Shown here in pieces: positions 8,039-11,114 of a stretch of DNA of 11,114 nucleotides. The notes beneath the pieces are model-generated. The model saw only the letters and a list, made by a program, of their open reading frames with translations, was not told where the DNA came from and searched no databases. The translations under genes were made by a program, and so were the position numbers. Every line of letters begins with the position of its first letter. Position 1 is the first letter of the stretch. This DNA comes from Bradymonadia bacterium (GTDB lineage Bacteria; Myxococcota_A; Bradymonadia; REDH01), in the NCBI GenBank assembly GCA_047610025.1, contig JBLFZA010000150.1, positions 1 through 11,114 on the forward strand, read 5' to 3'.

Positions 8039-8803
8039 ATGAGCGTACTTCACGAGTTTCTTGCACTGCCGACTGTGCTCTTCACAGTCGCGGCAGCCCT
8101 GTCGACGCTCTACTGGCTCTTCGTCATGTTCACTGGGGTGGATCTGTTTGACAGCGCTGACGGTGCGGCGGAGGCGCTCGGTGAGGCCGCCGGCGGCGCG
8201 CTGGACGGCGCGTTGGACGGGCTCGACGGCGCAGCGGATGCCGCGGAAGGCGCGTTAGGCTCCGTAAGCGGTATCCTCCACGCGTTGCGACTAGGCGACG
8301 TGCCACTCACGCTCGCGTCGTCGCTCGTGTCGATCCTCGCTTGGGGTGCATGTGCGCTCGGCATGCGTTACATCGCACCGTCGCTGTCGGGAACGCTCCC
8401 CTCCTTTGTCGTCGGTCTTGTGGTGGCCCTCGCCGCAGTGATCGTCGCGTTTCCGCTCGCCGGTTTGCTTGCTAGACCGCTCGGCCCTGTGTTTCGCACG
8501 GAGAAGGCGGGCACCAACGAAGGGATCGTCGGCATGTCGGCCGAGGTTCGCAGCGGCACGATTGGCGCAGGAAAATCGGGGCAAGTCGAAGTGCAAGTCG
8601 GAGGCGCAACGCTCCTCGTGGATGTGCAGTCCGATGCCGGTCACGCGCTGAAACGAGGCGACCAAGTCTTGTTGGTCTCCTACGATGCCTCCAACTTCCG
8701 ATACGCCATCGAGCCGCTGAGCCGACTGATCGATGAGTCCCCAAGTGAGACGCCACCTGGTGCAGTGATTCATGCTGATGCCGGTGGAGTCGGCCCGATG
8801 TAG
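8039..8803 (+). CDS. yqiJ: YqiJ-family (DUF1449) inner-membrane protein with C-terminal NfeD-like OB-fold; flotillin partner
   Basis: N-terminal TM helix, acidic Gly/Ala/Asp low-complexity segment, two more TM helices. C-terminal EGIVGMSAEVRSG...LLVDVQSDAGHALKRGDQVLLVSYDASNFRYAIEP matches the YqiJ/short-NfeD beta-barrel. AGGGA 7 nt upstream of the ATG. Immediately upstream of an SPFH gene. Confidence 0.8.
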   Translation: MSVLHEFLALPTVLFTVAAALSTLYWLFVMFTGVDLFDSADGAAEALGEAAGGALDGALDGLDGAADAAEGALGSVSGILHALRLGDVPLTLASSLVSILAWGACALGMRYIAPSLSGTLPSFVVGLVVALAAVIVAFPLAGLLARPLGPVFRTEKAGTNEGIVGMSAEVRSGTIGAGKSGQVEVQVGGATLLVDVQSDAGHALKRGDQVLLVSYDASNFRYAIEPLSRLIDESPSETPPGAVIHADAGGVGPM

Positions 8804-8858
8804 TCGCTGGACGTTGACGACCTCTCACTTCATCTCTCGTTGCCCCTGAACATTGGAT

Positions 8859-10910
8859 ATGGACGCTCTCGTAATTGCCGGAATGGTTCTCTTCGTCATC
8901 GTCGTCATCGCGCTCGGAGCCGTCGTGATGGTCGGTCGGCTCTACCAAAAGGTGGACCAGGGTAAGGCCCTGATCATCAACAAATTGAAGGCAGACCCCG
9001 ACGTCACCTTCACCGGTGGCATCGTGCTTCCGGTCATTCATCGCGTCGAGACGATGGACATCTCGGTGAAGACCATTGAGGTCGACCGTCGCGGAGATGA
9101 CGGGTTGATCTGCAAAGACAACATCCGTGCGGACATCAAGGTCACCTTCTTCGTTCGCGTGAACAAGACTTCCGACGACGTGCTCAAGGTGGCGCAGTCG
9201 ATCGGTTGCCAGCGCGCGAGTGACCAAAACACCCTTGAGCAGCTCTTCGCAGCAAAGTTCTCGGAAGCGCTCAAGACGGTGGGTAAGTGGCTTGAGTTCG
9301 AGGAGCTCTACACCAAGCGAGACGCGTTTCGTGACCAGATCATCAAGATCATCGGTAAAGACCTCAACGGCTACGTGCTCGAGGACGCGGCGATCGATTA
9401 CCTGGAGCAGACGCCGCTGAGCCGGTTGGACCCCAGCAATATCCTCGACGCGCAGGGTATCCGGAAGATCACCATGATTACGGCTGCACAGAACGTTCAA
9501 ACGAACGAGCTGAAGCAGAAGGAGCGCATGGAGATTGGTCAGCAGGACCTGACGGCTGACGAGGCCATCTTTCGCTACGATCAGCAACGTGCTGAGGCTG
9601 AAGCGCGAAAGCAGCGCGAAATCGACGTCGCCGAGACGCGCGAGCAGAACGAAGCCAAACGCTACCAGGTCGAAGAAGACAAGCAGACCGACCTCGCCAA
9701 GCAGGTCGCGCAGGAGGAAATCCAGCGCAAAGAGCAAGAGGTGCTCCGCAACGTGGAGGTCGCTCAGAAGCAGCGCGAACGTGTCGTCACGATCGAGGCG
9801 GTGGAGGTCCAAAAGGCGCACGATCTCAAGCAGGTTGAACGCGAACGCGAGGTCGAACTACAGCGCATCGAGAAGGAGAAGCAGATCGAGCGAGAGAAGA
9901 AGGAAATCGCCGATGTTATCCGGGGTCGCATCGCGGTCGATAAGACGGTCGCCGAAGAGGAAGAGCGCATCAAGGACCTGCGCGCTACCGCTGAGGCGAC
10001 TCGCGTGAAGGACGTCGCGGTCATCACGGCCGAGGGCGAGGCTCAAGCCGAGCTCGTCAAGAGCCTCAAGGCCGCGGAAGCCGAGCAAGAGGTCGCGAAG
10101 TTCCGCGCGAGCGAGCGCATCACGCTGGCGCAGGCCGAGCTCGAGGCGTCTGAGAAGCTCGCTGCTGGTAAGATTAGGCTGGCAGAGGGAATCCAAGCCG
10201 AGTCCGCGGCGGAGGGGCTCGCCAAGGTGCGTGTCGCCGAGCAGGAGGCCGGCGCGATTGAGAAGCAAGGGTTGGCGAAGGCGAAGGTCACCCGTGAACA
10301 AATGTCCGCAGAGGCGGAAGGCTCCGAGAAGCAGGGCTTGGTGGACGTGAAGATCCGCGAAGCGAACGCGCTGGCCATCGAGAAGGTCGGCCAGGCCGAA
10401 GCGAGCGCCATCGAGAAGCGCATGGAGGCGGAAGCACAAGGCCTGACGCTGAAGGTGAAGGCCATGGAGCAGATGAGCCCGGCTGCCGCAGCGCATGAGG
10501 AGTTCCGAATTCAGCTTGAGCAGCAACGGGAGATCGCGCTCAAGGGCATCGAGACCAAGCAACTCATCGCTGAGGCGCAAGCGCGTCTGCTGGGCCAAGC
10601 GTTTGGAGACGCAAAGTTCCAAATCGTGGGCGGAGACGGACAGTTCTTCCAGAAGTTTGTGCAGGCTCTCTCACTCGGCAACGCAGTGGACGGCGCGGTC
10701 GAGCACAGCGCCGCAGCACGCGGCGCACTCGCCGACTACATCACGGGTGACGCGAGCCTTCGAGAGGACATCAAGGACGTGCTCTCCAACGGGGGCATCG
10801 ACAAGGTCAAGGATATGGCCGTCGCGAAGCTGGTCTCCAAGCTAGCGACGGGCGACACCGCGCAGCAGACCATCGAGGCGGCCACGGCTGACGACAGCAC
10901 AGACGCCTAA
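8859..10910 (+). CDS. yqiK: Flotillin-like SPFH/band-7 protein (YqiK/FloT family), 683 aa
   Basis: N-terminal TM anchor (ALVIAGMVLFVIVVIALGAVVMV). SPFH domain (KALIINKL...VETMDISVKTIEV...RADIKVTFFVRV). Very long E/A/K/Q-rich coiled coil with internal repeats. C-terminal flotillin tail. ATG at 8859 preferred over the TTG at 8853. Confidence 0.9.
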   Translation: MDALVIAGMVLFVIVVIALGAVVMVGRLYQKVDQGKALIINKLKADPDVTFTGGIVLPVIHRVETMDISVKTIEVDRRGDDGLICKDNIRADIKVTFFVRVNKTSDDVLKVAQSIGCQRASDQNTLEQLFAAKFSEALKTVGKWLEFEELYTKRDAFRDQIIKIIGKDLNGYVLEDAAIDYLEQTPLSRLDPSNILDAQGIRKITMITAAQNVQTNELKQKERMEIGQQDLTADEAIFRYDQQRAEAEARKQREIDVAETREQNEAKRYQVEEDKQTDLAKQVAQEEIQRKEQEVLRNVEVAQKQRERVVTIEAVEVQKAHDLKQVEREREVELQRIEKEKQIEREKKEIADVIRGRIAVDKTVAEEEERIKDLRATAEATRVKDVAVITAEGEAQAELVKSLKAAEAEQEVAKFRASERITLAQAELEASEKLAAGKIRLAEGIQAESAAEGLAKVRVAEQEAGAIEKQGLAKAKVTREQMSAEAEGSEKQGLVDVKIREANALAIEKVGQAEASAIEKRMEAEAQGLTLKVKAMEQMSPAAAAHEEFRIQLEQQREIALKGIETKQLIAEAQARLLGQAFGDAKFQIVGGDGQFFQKFVQALSLGNAVDGAVEHSAAARGALADYITGDASLREDIKDVLSNGGIDKVKDMAVAKLVSKLATGDTAQQTIEAATADDSTDA

Positions 10911-11114
10911 TGAGCGACACCAAGAACGAGAATCAGAACCCCGTGGACCCAGCCGAGGCGGATAACGTCTCGGCTGCCGGACCGGCAGTGGACGGCGGTA
11001 ACTACGAGGTCATTCGCCGACGCTTGGTTGCGCAGGGCAAGAGCCTGCGCGCCAAAGCGGATTTGCTCAACGAGGCTCGCACCGAGATCTTCGGCAGCAG
11101 TAAGCTTGAGGTCG
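10910..11114 (+). CDS. Unknown protein, 5' partial (runs off the window), translationally coupled to the flotillin gene (TAATG overlap)
   Basis: ATG 10910-10912 overlaps the flotillin TAA 10908-10910. Open frame to the window end: MSDTKNENQNPVDPAEADNVSAAGPAVDGGNYEVIRRRLVAQGKSLRAKADLLNEARTEIFGSSKLEV. G/C-rich third codon positions. No family recognised. Confidence 0.5.
   Translation, partial: MSDTKNENQNPVDPAEADNVSAAGPAVDGGNYEVIRRRLVAQGKSLRAKADLLNEARTEIFGSSKLEV

Noticed and set aside
8472-10622. Long minus-strand ORFs (8472..9821, 9858..10622, 10043..10465) antisense to the flotillin gene
   Set aside because: Their Leu/Arg/Asp-rich translations mirror the GAG/AAG/GCG-rich coiled-coil codons of the sense gene. 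The flotillin identity of the plus strand is unambiguous.
1-11114. Searched by eye for tRNA-like T-arm motifs, CRISPR-like regular repeats, transposase or integrase ORFs, and long terminal inverted repeats
   Set aside because: None found. The only repeats are short ones in intergenic spacers and in low-complexity or coiled-coil coding regions.

Overview
High-GC (about 63-65%) bacterial chromosomal window, mostly core housekeeping genes with three more unusual loci. No tRNA or rRNA genes, CRISPR arrays or mobile elements were found.

Coding content, left to right:
- 1..344 (+): 3' end of an unknown gene that starts upstream of the window.
- 375..1523 (+): a 382-aa hypothetical protein with a strong ribosome-binding site and a Ser/Ala/Arg-rich, low-complexity (probably disordered) middle.
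- 1540..2670 (-): rsgA (ribosome small-subunit-dependent GTPase) with an Arg-rich N-terminal extension.
- 2787..3341 (-): a small four-His-box membrane hydroxylase of the CrtZ / fatty-acid-hydroxylase family.
- 3358..4071 (+): a divergent TetR-family regulator gene that looks disrupted. The HTH part ends at an in-frame stop, there is an apparent frameshift, and the C-terminal TetR part lies in a separate ORF.
- 4109..5884 (+): typA/bipA translational GTPase.
- 6130..7284 (-): a four-TM membrane protein resembling TMEM43/DUF1625.
- 7515..7913 (+): msrB, transcribed divergently from the membrane protein.
- 8039..8803, 8859..10910 and 10910..11114 (+): a three-gene module. A YqiJ/DUF1449 (NfeD-like) membrane protein is followed by a long flotillin-like SPFH protein (YqiK/FloT type), then by a third unidentified gene coupled by a TAATG overlap that runs off the window.

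Main candidates for follow-up:
- A perfect 10-bp inverted repeat lies exactly between the hydroxylase gene and the TetR start and looks like the TetR operator.
- The unidentified third gene of the flotillin module.
- The TMEM43-like protein.
- The 382-aa protein with a GYF-like N-terminus and a disordered middle.
- A 13-bp direct repeat pair plus a hairpin in the typA / membrane-protein convergent spacer.

All family assignments come from reading motifs by eye. None was confirmed by a database search.
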